This document shows positions 8,464-15,788 of a DNA stretch of 20,000 nt, in pieces. The DNA comes from an uncultured virus (IMG/VR IMGVR_UViG_3300001528_000358) (lineage: Duplodnaviria; Heunggongvirae; Uroviricota; Caudoviricetes), in IMG/VR virus record IMGVR_UViG_3300001528_000358. One strand, written 5' to 3'. The notes under the pieces are model-generated. The model did not search any database and was not told where the DNA came from. It saw only the letters and a list, made by a program, of their open reading frames with translations. Positions within the stretch are counted from its first letter, which is position 1. Each line of letters starts with the position of its first letter. The translations under genes and the position numbers were made by a program.

Positions 8464-9114
8464 TTAAAATGCAAAATGATAATTTTTAAGGAATATCGTT
8501 AATCTATCGTCTACTAGGTTTAACAATTTATGTCCTTCTAATGTCAAACCAAACGATGCTTGATAATCAGCATATTCTGTTCTGTCATCTATTTCATCAT
8601 CATCGTCAAATTTAGTGGAAATACCACATTGATCATATAGGGACGAATAACCCAGTATTTCTAAACACTCTCTATATTTTTCTTTGAAAAAATGATAATC
8701 GTAAGAAGTAGTTTCATAAAATTCATCATAAAACATTGCTTCTCCTTCAAACATCACCTCTTTATTTTCATGGAAAACAGATAAGATATGCTTTTCTGCT
8801 TCGTGTTTATTTTCAGTATCTTCACCTAGTTTTAATTCATCATAGAATGAATAGTACCCAATTTGATACTCTTTATTATATACACAAAACTTAGTATACA
8901 AATCTTCATCAATTTCATGTTTAATGACAATATACTTGTCTTTATTACGTACTTTAAAAAATTCTTTTAACAAAGATTTCTTTTCTGTCCATGCATAAAG
9001 ACCAGTATAATAATCACCTTTTTCTCTATAATCTTTTAAATTCGGTAAAAGATCTCTTACACGTTTTGTGAAATCTTTTACCGGTATTTTTATATATAAC
9101 ATGTATATCTTCAT
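8464..9114 (-). CDS. hypothetical protein, paralogue family member 2 (216 aa)
   Basis: ATG 9114 (MKIYMLY) is properly spaced from AAAGGA; motif LYAWTEKKSLLKEFFKVR. Confidence 0.85.
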   Translation of the reverse strand: MKIYMLYIKIPVKDFTKRVRDLLPNLKDYREKGDYYTGLYAWTEKKSLLKEFFKVRNKDKYIVIKHEIDEDLYTKFCVYNKEYQIGYYSFYDELKLGEDTENKHEAEKHILSVFHENKEVMFEGEAMFYDEFYETTSYDYHFFKEKYRECLEILGYSSLYDQCGISTKFDDDDEIDDRTEYADYQASFGLTLEGHKLLNLVDDRLTIFLKNYHFAF

Positions 9115-9119
9115 TATAC

Positions 9120-9653
9120 TCATCCTTTCATTAAATCTGAATACATGTTTAAAAAAGCGGATAAATAATCCGGTTCAAATTCTGAAGCAATATCTTCGAA
9201 GTAATCCAAATCAAAGTCTAAACAAAGATATCTATAAGCATTATAGTACCCTAGACGTACAAACATGTGTTTATATTTCTCTTTAAAAAGCATAGGATCA
9301 TAACTCACGCTTGTCCACATCTTTGACATAATCACATCCGTGCAAACATTCACTACGTTAAGTTTCTCTTCCTTTGTTGCCATAATAGAAAATTGATCTA
9401 TGTACTTCTCACTCTCTACTCTTGTTTTTCCTTCAAATGGAATAAGAAAAGAAGAATTGTATTCTTCGGTCAATTGGTGAATTTCTTTCTTTGTAAGTTT
9501 CTTCATCATAATAAGAAACTTATCCATGTTTCTTTCTTCTTTAAATTGCTTCATATATTTTTTATTATCAGTATAAGCATATAATTCATAAGCAATATCT
9601 ATATCTGTAGATTTAATATAGATGAGCCAATACTTATACTTCTGCTCTATCAT
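9120..9653 (-). CDS. hypothetical protein, paralogue family member 1 (177 aa)
   Basis: GGAG RBS; motif LYAYTDNKKYMKQFKEER. Confidence 0.85.
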   Translation of the reverse strand: MIEQKYKYWLIYIKSTDIDIAYELYAYTDNKKYMKQFKEERNMDKFLIMMKKLTKKEIHQLTEEYNSSFLIPFEGKTRVESEKYIDQFSIMATKEEKLNVVNVCTDVIMSKMWTSVSYDPMLFKEKYKHMFVRLGYYNAYRYLCLDFDLDYFEDIASEFEPDYLSAFLNMYSDLMKG

Positions 9654-9834
9654 TTATCTCACCACGTTTCATCAACTTGTCAATTTTTCCTTTTTCAATT
9701 GTGTCAATCATTTTATCTACCTTCTTTCTTAATTTTTCTACATGATTCACATTCAAATTTTTGTAACATATGAATGCAGATAATTGTTTGATTGTATTTA
9801 GATTTTCTACAATCATTTTCTCGTTTTTGTCCAC
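9634..9834 (-). CDS. hypothetical protein (66 aa), first gene of an early-type operon
   Basis: GTG start with GAAAGGAG RBS; early-type motif 24 nt upstream. Confidence 0.7.
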   Translation of the reverse strand: MDKNEKMIVENLNTIKQLSAFICYKNLNVNHVEKLRKKVDKMIDTIEKGKIDKLMKRGEINDRAEV

Positions 9835-9858
9835 ACTTTTTCTCCTTTCTAAATCAAA

Positions 9859-9872
9859 AAAATAATATATAA
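9859..9872 (-). promoter_or_regulatory. putative phage early promoter TTATATATTATTTT
   Basis: Identical to the motifs at 6332-6345 and 11928-11941. Confidence 0.7.
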
Positions 9873-9941
9873 CTTATACGCTGATATGTAATTATTATGT
9901 AAACTCTAAAATAAATATTAAACAGAAAGGAAGAAAATAGA

Positions 9942-10103
9942 ATGGAAAATTTAGGATGTAAGAATAATTATTCTGATAACGAAATTGAAAGATATTTTGG
10001 AGAATCAGAAGAAGCTATGGAGACATGTAATTCCTGTCCTTATCTTAATTACAAAAATGGACTCGTCACTTGCACAAAACCAAAGGAGGATCATACAAAA
10101 TGA
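9942..10103 (+). CDS. small Cys4 putative metal-binding protein (53 aa)
   Basis: Below the ORF-track cutoff. GAAAGGA RBS; MENLGCKNNYSDNEIERYFGESEEAMETCNSCPYLNYKNGLVTCTKPKEDHTK; its stop overlaps the next start (ATGA at 10100-10103). Confidence 0.75.
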   Translation: MENLGCKNNYSDNEIERYFGESEEAMETCNSCPYLNYKNGLVTCTKPKEDHTK

Positions 10104-11308
10104 TACTACAAAGAATAGATTTTTCAAACATGGATTTCTTAGTTAATACTGTATGTGCAGGTAGAACAAGCAAAGACCATAGAAAAGATTTGGGTCCTCA
10201 TATTAATAATATTTACAATCATGTGGAAGTTAAATTCTTATTAAGAGATGTAGATATTGTTACGGCGTATTACTTAAAAAAATTTTCACATGATAATATC
10301 ATCTTTATAGATTCTAATTTATCGGATGAATTGGTAAAAAAAGAATATAAAGATCTTTATAACAATACACATGTAGCAATGAAATTAGTAGAAGCTATTA
10401 GTAAAGATAGCGATGTTGGTAAAAAAGATTACTCTGAGTTATTCCCAGCAATTTGTATTAAAAAATCATTACATGTTACATTTACTGGTTCTTCTTTAGG
10501 ATTTTTATTTGGACCAAATCCAGATATAACTTTAAAAGAGTTATATTCCTTTAAAGAAGATAAAGACTTTAATTCAGATGTAATTAGAGAAAATAATTAT
10601 GAAGTATTAAAAAATTACTTATTTAATACTTTACTTCAATCTACTTATAAATTCATTGATAGAGAAAATCATACAATGGATTTATTAGCGGATTCAACGA
10701 TTAATCTTTATTACTATAATATAGACTATTTAGAAAGTTATCCATGTTGGTTAATGGAAACAAATTCTGTATTAGGAAGAAAGTCTTATTGCAGAAAAGA
10801 AACAGAACACGAAGACAGAGTAATGATTTCTAATTATGATAAAGTCTCTTTATTAAAAAATGTGAAATTAACATTTTCTGTCAAAGCACCTTATTATGCA
10901 TTCTTAGAAATGTTTATTGCATTACCATCACATTTCTTTTTAGATAGTGAGGATATTCGTTCTGTTGCAGCAAAAGAAGACTATAATGGAAACCATATGG
11001 TCTTAGATGACAAATACAAAATCCGTTTATCAGACTATTTTGTAAAGATGGCAGCTTCTTCAAAAGAATTGATTACTAACGAAAAAGCTTTAGATAAATA
11101 TTTCTATTTACCATTATCATCGAATATTCATTTTACAATGAATATTTCATTATATGATATTGCAAATGAAATAGAGACATATGAAACAAAGATTAAATGT
11201 CAAGGTTTATATGGAGATACCATTAATTACTTACCATCTCATATTTTAGATATTATCTTTTATATGAAGAGTTTTGCAACTATGGTTTATAAAGATTATT
11301 TTAATTAA
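10100..11308 (+). CDS. hypothetical protein (402 aa), degenerate tandem ThyX-like fold lacking the RHR catalytic motif
   Basis: Start ATG 10100 (AAGGAGG RBS). Two repeats of ThyX-like scaffold motifs: NHVEVKFLLRDV...ELFPAICIKKSLHVTFTGSSL and KNVKLTFSVKAPYYAF...YFYLPLSSNIHFTMNISLYDI. The CDS is secure, the fold call is tentative. Confidence 0.45.
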   Translation: MILQRIDFSNMDFLVNTVCAGRTSKDHRKDLGPHINNIYNHVEVKFLLRDVDIVTAYYLKKFSHDNIIFIDSNLSDELVKKEYKDLYNNTHVAMKLVEAISKDSDVGKKDYSELFPAICIKKSLHVTFTGSSLGFLFGPNPDITLKELYSFKEDKDFNSDVIRENNYEVLKNYLFNTLLQSTYKFIDRENHTMDLLADSTINLYYYNIDYLESYPCWLMETNSVLGRKSYCRKETEHEDRVMISNYDKVSLLKNVKLTFSVKAPYYAFLEMFIALPSHFFLDSEDIRSVAAKEDYNGNHMVLDDKYKIRLSDYFVKMAASSKELITNEKALDKYFYLPLSSNIHFTMNISLYDIANEIETYETKIKCQGLYGDTINYLPSHILDIIFYMKSFATMVYKDYFN

Positions 11309-11314
11309 ATAGAG

Positions 11315-11357
11315 AAAATGTAGATAGTAGAAAAACCATCTCTACTATCTACATTTT
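11315..11357. terminator. bidirectional intrinsic terminator
   Basis: 17-bp inverted repeat AAAATGTAGATAGTAGA / TCTACTATCTACATTTT just after the stop at 11308. Confidence 0.8.
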
Positions 11358-11435
11358 TAACAACTGTCAAAAGGAGAATACTATGAAAATACAAGAATAT
11401 CTTCAGTATTATATTTTATAAAAATATACTTCCTT
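11315..11435 (-). ncRNA. candidate small RNA 1 (contains anti-Shine-Dalgarno CUCCUUUU)
   Basis: AACA-taagtt-TA at 11435-11446 (-) points into an ORF-free stretch ending at the 11315-11357 terminator. Confidence 0.35.
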
Positions 11436-11450
11436 AAACTTATGTTAGGT

Positions 11451-11485
11451 AAAAAAATATCTACTAGATTCGAAAACCTAGTAGA
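11451..11485 (-). terminator. minus-strand intrinsic terminator with UUCG tetraloop
   Basis: On (-): UCUACUAGGUU-UUCG-AAUCUAGUAGA followed by UAUUUUUUU. The G-U pair, UUCG loop and U-tract work only on the minus strand. Confidence 0.75.
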
Positions 11486-11636
11486 CTAAAAATAATAAGT
11501 AAGATTTTACAGCATCAATAAAAAATAAACTCAACTTTATCTCACACAAGATGAAAAATCACATTTTACACATAACAGAAACGAAGTACTATGCTCTTAC
11601 TTATTTCTTTTTTATACTCTTGTATATAATAATTTT
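11451..11636 (-). ncRNA. candidate structured small RNA 2
   Basis: No ORF. An 11-bp long-range stem 11494-11504 / 11595-11605 (AATAAGTAAGA / TCTTACTTATT) closes the body. Ends in the UUCG terminator. 5' end uncertain (one-mismatch early motif at 11637-11648). Confidence 0.4.
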
Positions 11637-11675
11637 AAATATTATATAGAACACTAAATATTTTCAATAGACGAT

Positions 11676-11706
11676 AAAAAAAATGAATTGAGACAATCTC
11701 AATTCA
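11676..11706 (-). terminator. minus-strand intrinsic terminator
   Basis: TGAATTGAGA-caa-TCTCAATTCA preceded by A8 on +, i.e. a U8 tail on the minus strand only. Confidence 0.7.
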
Positions 11707-11770
11707 AAAAATTAAAAATGTGTAAATATATATAAATAATATTATTATATATATTATAATTATTATAAGT

Positions 11771-11830
11771 GATTGTTAATTATTGTTATTTATGATTTTT
11801 TATTGTTTTCTATTGTTAGTGATTGTTATT
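11771..11830. repeat. six 10-bp phased direct repeats (five with an ATTGTT core) next to a 46-bp pure A/T tract
   Basis: gattgttaat tattgttatt tatgattttt tattgttttc tattgttagt gattgttatt; 11723-11768 contains no G or C; C7 run at 11844-11850. Confidence 0.75.
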
Positions 11831-11873
11831 AATCTCTTAGGGTCCCCCCCTATAATACCTAACCATTCTATAT

Positions 11874-11885
11874 TACTAATATGTT
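11874..11885 (-). promoter_or_regulatory. putative late promoter AACA-N6-TA reading into the repeat/AT-rich tract
   Basis: AACA-tattag-TA on (-); a second match AACA-atcact-TA lies at 11766-11777. Confidence 0.4.
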
Positions 11886-11927
11886 AATAAAAAATAAAAT
11901 TAAATAAAATTCTATTTTACTAATTAT

Positions 11928-11941
11928 TTATATATTATTTT
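11928..11941 (+). promoter_or_regulatory. putative phage early promoter TTATATATTATTTT
   Basis: Third copy of the 14-mer, upstream of the 12004-13890 operon and followed by a short GAAGTT/AACTTC 5' hairpin. Confidence 0.7.
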
Positions 11942-12003
11942 TGCGAAGTTGATCGACCAATAACTTCAGACAAAATACACAAAAGAAAGAAGGTGTTCTC
12001 CCT

Positions 12004-12435
12004 ATGGGAAAGAAAAAAAAGAAGAAAGAAAAAGAGTCTATTTCTATATTAAATGAAATAGATAATTCTCTTAACGAATCTTATACGGATTTAATGCAAG
12101 AGATCCAAGATTATCAAATGGAGATTTATATTGCAGATAAAAAGTATAGAGAAAAGTTAGAGAAGAAGCTGAAAAAAGACCCGTATTATTTTGATACGGG
12201 TGGAAAATCCAAAGCACGAAAGAAAACTCTAAAGAAGATGGAATCTAATAATTTCTTCGATAGAGTTGAGAAAGCTTTAAAAGATTTATCTCCGATTATT
12301 GTTATTATCGGAAGATTAATCTGCAGCTTGATATTATCAATATTATCTATTGATACAGTTAAGACATCGATATCTAAAGGTACATTAGATAAAATGTCTA
12401 CTGTTTATCAGCTGGCGTATTCGATTGGTCGATAA
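12004..12435 (+). CDS. hypothetical protein (143 aa) with one hydrophobic helix, possibly membrane-associated
   Basis: AAGGTG RBS; poly-Lys N-terminus; LSPIIVIIGRLICSLILSILSI segment. Confidence 0.8.
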   Translation: MGKKKKKKEKESISILNEIDNSLNESYTDLMQEIQDYQMEIYIADKKYREKLEKKLKKDPYYFDTGGKSKARKKTLKKMESNNFFDRVEKALKDLSPIIVIIGRLICSLILSILSIDTVKTSISKGTLDKMSTVYQLAYSIGR

Positions 12436-12473
12436 CTTCTATTACAATATTCTTTTATTCGGAGGTAGTTTTT

Positions 12474-12899
12474 ATGTATTGTGTGATTTATAAGAATGAA
12501 GTAATTGCTTATCATAAAGATGAAAACGTGATAAAAGAATATTGTAAGTCACTCGTAAATAGCCACCCTTCTATGGATCTTCTAATTGGTAAATTGAAAA
12601 AGAAAAAAATACAAAAGAGCCAATTAGAAGATTTGTACTTAATAGAAAAGGATGGTATCTATGTTCCTTCGGGGTATGAGATTTATTATGATATCATGTC
12701 ACAGGATTATAATGAGTTTAAAAATACAAAAGACAATCTTTATGTATTTTTAAATACCGATTTATCTTTGAAGGAAAAAAGAACTATAAAAAAGGCCATA
12801 AAGATTTTAGAATCTCACGTTGATGAAAATGTATATGTCCCATCATTAGAAGAGTTGAGAAATGTAAAAAATCAATATGGTCAATACATTGAAAATTAA
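12474..12899 (+). CDS. hypothetical protein (141 aa), possibly a distant member of the 7254-9653 paralogue family
   Basis: GGAGGT RBS; MYCVIY...VIAYHKDENVIKEY echoes Y..Y...LYAYT.K...KEF. Confidence 0.8.
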   Translation: MYCVIYKNEVIAYHKDENVIKEYCKSLVNSHPSMDLLIGKLKKKKIQKSQLEDLYLIEKDGIYVPSGYEIYYDIMSQDYNEFKNTKDNLYVFLNTDLSLKEKRTIKKAIKILESHVDENVYVPSLEELRNVKNQYGQYIEN

Positions 12900-12911
12900 A
12901 GGAGAAAAACA

Positions 12912-13817
12912 ATGAAAAATATGTATCTTGATGAAATTAAATTAAATGAAATCTTATCCAATGGTATTCCTGTAATGTCATACAATGAACTTAGTGAATA
13001 TCAGAGACTCTCTATTGAGAGAAGAGTAAATCCATTATTTGATCGAAAGAAATTTGATCAGTTAGACCATTATGCTAAACATGAAAATCATAAAGGTTTT
13101 AAAACCAATTTCATTAAGTCGTTGAATGTTAATGATGATTATTATGGTTTTATTCGTGAAGGATTTGATTATGCTATCATATATTCTCAAACACCATTTG
13201 AGGATAAATTATATCGTGATGGTAAAGAAAGTTGTACTCACAGAACAACAAAAGAAGAAAGGGTTATTTATCCCAAAGCAAAATACAAATTTTTCTTGTC
13301 GATGAATAATTTTGAAACTTGTATGAGAAAACTGACTTCTGACAATCCAATCCCACTGTCTATGAAAGACGGAATTGAGAGTATGACGTATATCACTTTG
13401 ATGGTAAAAAATTCTGTGGGAATTGTCCTTCATTCAAGATATCACGATTTACATATCGTACATAGATTTGACAAATATGTAGAGTTTAAGTTCACTGAAA
13501 AAGAACTTCTCTATTTATTTGAGAAATCTTATACTGAGCCAAAGGATATACCTTTGGTGATTGGTGAGAAAATTGCCGAAGCATATCATAGAATAAAAAA
13601 TGATAGTGTATTCGACAAATTATTCGATCCCGATAAGAGTATTTTCAATCCATATACTAAGATGACGAAAGGTGGTGAAAAACATGGTTCCAAAAACAAG
13701 AAAAAGAAGAATAAGAAAGCTCCGAAGAAAACTCGGAAAACTTCTGTACAAAAAAATGAAAATCATGGCAGAAAGTCAGAGTCCAAAATCAAAAAAGGAG
13801 ACAAAGAAGTTAAATAG
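12912..13817 (+). CDS. hypothetical protein (301 aa) with Lys-rich C-terminal tail
   Basis: AAAGGAG RBS, long ORF. Confidence 0.85.
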   Translation: MKNMYLDEIKLNEILSNGIPVMSYNELSEYQRLSIERRVNPLFDRKKFDQLDHYAKHENHKGFKTNFIKSLNVNDDYYGFIREGFDYAIIYSQTPFEDKLYRDGKESCTHRTTKEERVIYPKAKYKFFLSMNNFETCMRKLTSDNPIPLSMKDGIESMTYITLMVKNSVGIVLHSRYHDLHIVHRFDKYVEFKFTEKELLYLFEKSYTEPKDIPLVIGEKIAEAYHRIKNDSVFDKLFDPDKSIFNPYTKMTKGGEKHGSKNKKKKNKKAPKKTRKTSVQKNENHGRKSESKIKKGDKEVK

Positions 13818-13890
13818 CAAACTTCAAAAGACTCTTTTAAAAATCAATAAGATTATGGAAGAACTTAATTGGTTCATTCACATGGATTAG
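13684..13890 (+). CDS. small highly basic protein (68 aa), overlapping the 3' end of the upstream gene
   Basis: AAAGGTGGTGA RBS before ATG 13684; MVPKTRKRRIRKLRRKLGKLLYKKMK...; ends just before the 13906 palindrome. Confidence 0.6.
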   Translation: MVPKTRKRRIRKLRRKLGKLLYKKMKIMAESQSPKSKKETKKLNSKLQKTLLKINKIMEELNWFIHMD

Positions 13891-13905
13891 TTCTTCCATC
13901 CTCAA

Positions 13906-13941
13906 TGTTTTCAGGTTATCTATATAGATAACCTGAAAACA
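13906..13941. terminator. perfect 36-bp palindrome at the operon boundary (terminator-like hairpin)
   Basis: TGTTTTCAGGTTATCTATATAGATAACCTGAAAACA is its own reverse complement. Confidence 0.65.
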
Positions 13942-13949
13942 ACTTTTTA
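13938..13949 (+). promoter_or_regulatory. putative late promoter AACA-N6-TA
   Basis: AACA-actttt-TA about 40 nt upstream of ATG 13991; matches the AR9 non-virion RNAP late consensus. Confidence 0.6.
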
Positions 13950-13990
13950 ATTATCTATAGAAATATAAAGAATAAGGAGGTTATTTTTTT

Positions 13991-15742
13991 ATGTTAACAG
14001 GTACTTCTTATGATGATATCGTAAAGATGATAGATGGTTTTCTTGAAAAAGAAGATAACACAATTACGACATTCTATGTCATGTTTTATATGTTCCCGAA
14101 CCTCTATAGGATTGATTATGATGATGAGGAAAAAGAATATACTGTTACTCTTGATAGTAAGGAAACATATGACCAAATGATGAATGAAGAGATAAATGAT
14201 GAAGAATACATTTCCATTATGGAAAGTGCAACAATAAAAATTGACAACTTAAATGTCTATCTTGCATTCAGTCATATCAAAGATACAAAGATTGTAGATT
14301 CTATTCCAGAAATAGATGATATGCGTAGTCATTATACTGCGACGATGGATGAAATTGTATTAGAAACATATGACGAAGAAACAGAAGATGAATTAATTTT
14401 TTCTAAAGTATTATTTGGAGAAAATGATAGTGACGATGAAGATAATATAGCAAAGTATATTATTTCCCATTACACATATCAGAATGAAAATACAATAGAT
14501 GAAAATATGAAAGCATTACCATCTATTGAAACTATCACTTTCGAAGATTCTGAAAATGTTGATTTGATGATAGAAGAATTGGTTTCATTGGGATTTGGTA
14601 GCACATATTCTATTCTTGAAAGTATTGCGAAACGTCCGCAGTTTGTGCAGGCAAGCCAAGAATCCATCAATGAAGAATTGGTTATTGATGCTGAATATGT
14701 TGCAAATGAAGTTGGAGAAGATGTGGACGATGATACTACAGATGACGATACCGAATTAGAAACTATAGAAGCTACTCCGGTGGAATTTTCTAGTGATGGT
14801 ATTGCGGTCTTTGGTGCTAAGAAAAAAACTTCGAAGAAAAAGAAAAATGTAAAGACTTTAAAAGTTACCACCACGAATATCAATCGTGCATTCAAACAGA
14901 TAAAGAATCAGCTTAATTTATCTTCAAAAGATTGGGATCGTTTATTAAAGAATATTCCAGGTACGTTTGTTAAATGTGTATATACCTATGATGGTATTGA
15001 AAGTCTTTGTAAACGGTCAGGCAAAACATACCATATGATTGCCCTTGGAACCTGCAATTGTTATGAGATTAAAAAAAATAATAAATCTTTTACAGTTACA
15101 CCTCGTGGTCGTTCCGATAAAACAGTTCATGATTGGTGTGCTACTTATAAGAATCTTATTTTTTGTTATAATTCTACAATCGCAAATTCATTTGCTCGTG
15201 TAAAAGAAAAGATTACTATAAAGAATTTGAGTGATATCGATGAGAATATTTACAAAGCATGGCAGCAAATTAAAGCGTTCACATTGAATTTCTTAATTAA
15301 AGGCGAAATAAAACCAGTTACATTGATGGGCTCTTCTATTCAAACTTTTTATGAAGCAGTAATTACTAGCAGTAAAAATAAAAAAGAGTTTGAAGGAACA
15401 GTCCTTGATGAAGTCGGTATACTTGGTTGGGATGGAAGTAATATCTATTATGCTGAAACAAATAAAACAGCACATTATGAATTAGATACTGATAAAGTTA
15501 TGACGGGGTTAGAGAGATTACTTCGGTCACAAGATTTATTAGGTAAATTAGATTCATGGATAACAAAGAAAGCAGACGAAAAAGATAAGAAGACAATGAC
15601 TAAACGTAAAGCTGCCGCAGAAAAAGCGGCTAAGAAAAATAAGAATAAAAAAACGTACACTGCAATAGCAACCAAAACAGCAACAGGTTATGTTAATGCT
15701 CAAACTGGAACAGCTTCTATAACACAATTCATTGATGATTAA
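13991..15742 (+). CDS. hypothetical late protein (583 aa), acidic N-half and basic C-half; possibly virion-associated
   Basis: AAGGAGGT RBS, own late-type promoter, flanked by hairpins on both sides. Confidence 0.8.
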   Translation: MLTGTSYDDIVKMIDGFLEKEDNTITTFYVMFYMFPNLYRIDYDDEEKEYTVTLDSKETYDQMMNEEINDEEYISIMESATIKIDNLNVYLAFSHIKDTKIVDSIPEIDDMRSHYTATMDEIVLETYDEETEDELIFSKVLFGENDSDDEDNIAKYIISHYTYQNENTIDENMKALPSIETITFEDSENVDLMIEELVSLGFGSTYSILESIAKRPQFVQASQESINEELVIDAEYVANEVGEDVDDDTTDDDTELETIEATPVEFSSDGIAVFGAKKKTSKKKKNVKTLKVTTTNINRAFKQIKNQLNLSSKDWDRLLKNIPGTFVKCVYTYDGIESLCKRSGKTYHMIALGTCNCYEIKKNNKSFTVTPRGRSDKTVHDWCATYKNLIFCYNSTIANSFARVKEKITIKNLSDIDENIYKAWQQIKAFTLNFLIKGEIKPVTLMGSSIQTFYEAVITSSKNKKEFEGTVLDEVGILGWDGSNIYYAETNKTAHYELDTDKVMTGLERLLRSQDLLGKLDSWITKKADEKDKKTMTKRKAAAEKAAKKNKNKKTYTAIATKTATGYVNAQTGTASITQFIDD

Positions 15743-15788
15743 TTTTTTGAATGGAATCCTGCAAAACCGTGGGATTCCATTCAAAAAA
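15743..15788. terminator. long hairpin at the gene boundary
   Basis: TTTTTTGAATGGAATCC (15743-15759) / GGATTCCATTCAAAAAA (15772-15788), extendable with G-U pairs on +; no free U-tail. Confidence 0.55.

Noticed and set aside
2213..9584. Plus-strand ORFs 2213-2539, 3576-3773, 4728-5003, 4945-5181, 6118-6345, 9068-9286, 9393-9584 and the nested minus-strand ORF 3472-3666
   Set aside because: They lie antisense to or inside longer RBS-supported genes; the F/L/S/I-rich composition of the antisense ones is what the reverse strand of K/E-rich genes produces; no convincing RBS.
3905..11352. Shared TAGATAGT/ACTATCTA stem core in the hairpins at 3901 and 11315 as a mobile or operator repeat
   Set aside because: Only 8 bp in two copies with different loops and flanks; insufficient to call a repeat family from this window.
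11641..11667. Host sigma-A promoter TTGAAA...TATAAT on the minus strand
   Set aside because: The spacer is only 15 nt, and such hexamers are common in DNA this AT-rich.
11837..11866. Minus-strand 9-codon ORF MVRYYRGGP spanning the G7 tract
   Set aside because: No RBS and too short to support.
11309..12003. CRISPR array or tRNA cluster in the non-coding island
   Set aside because: No identical 25-40-nt repeats with unique spacers, no cloverleaf or T-loop consensus; the three hairpins differ in sequence.
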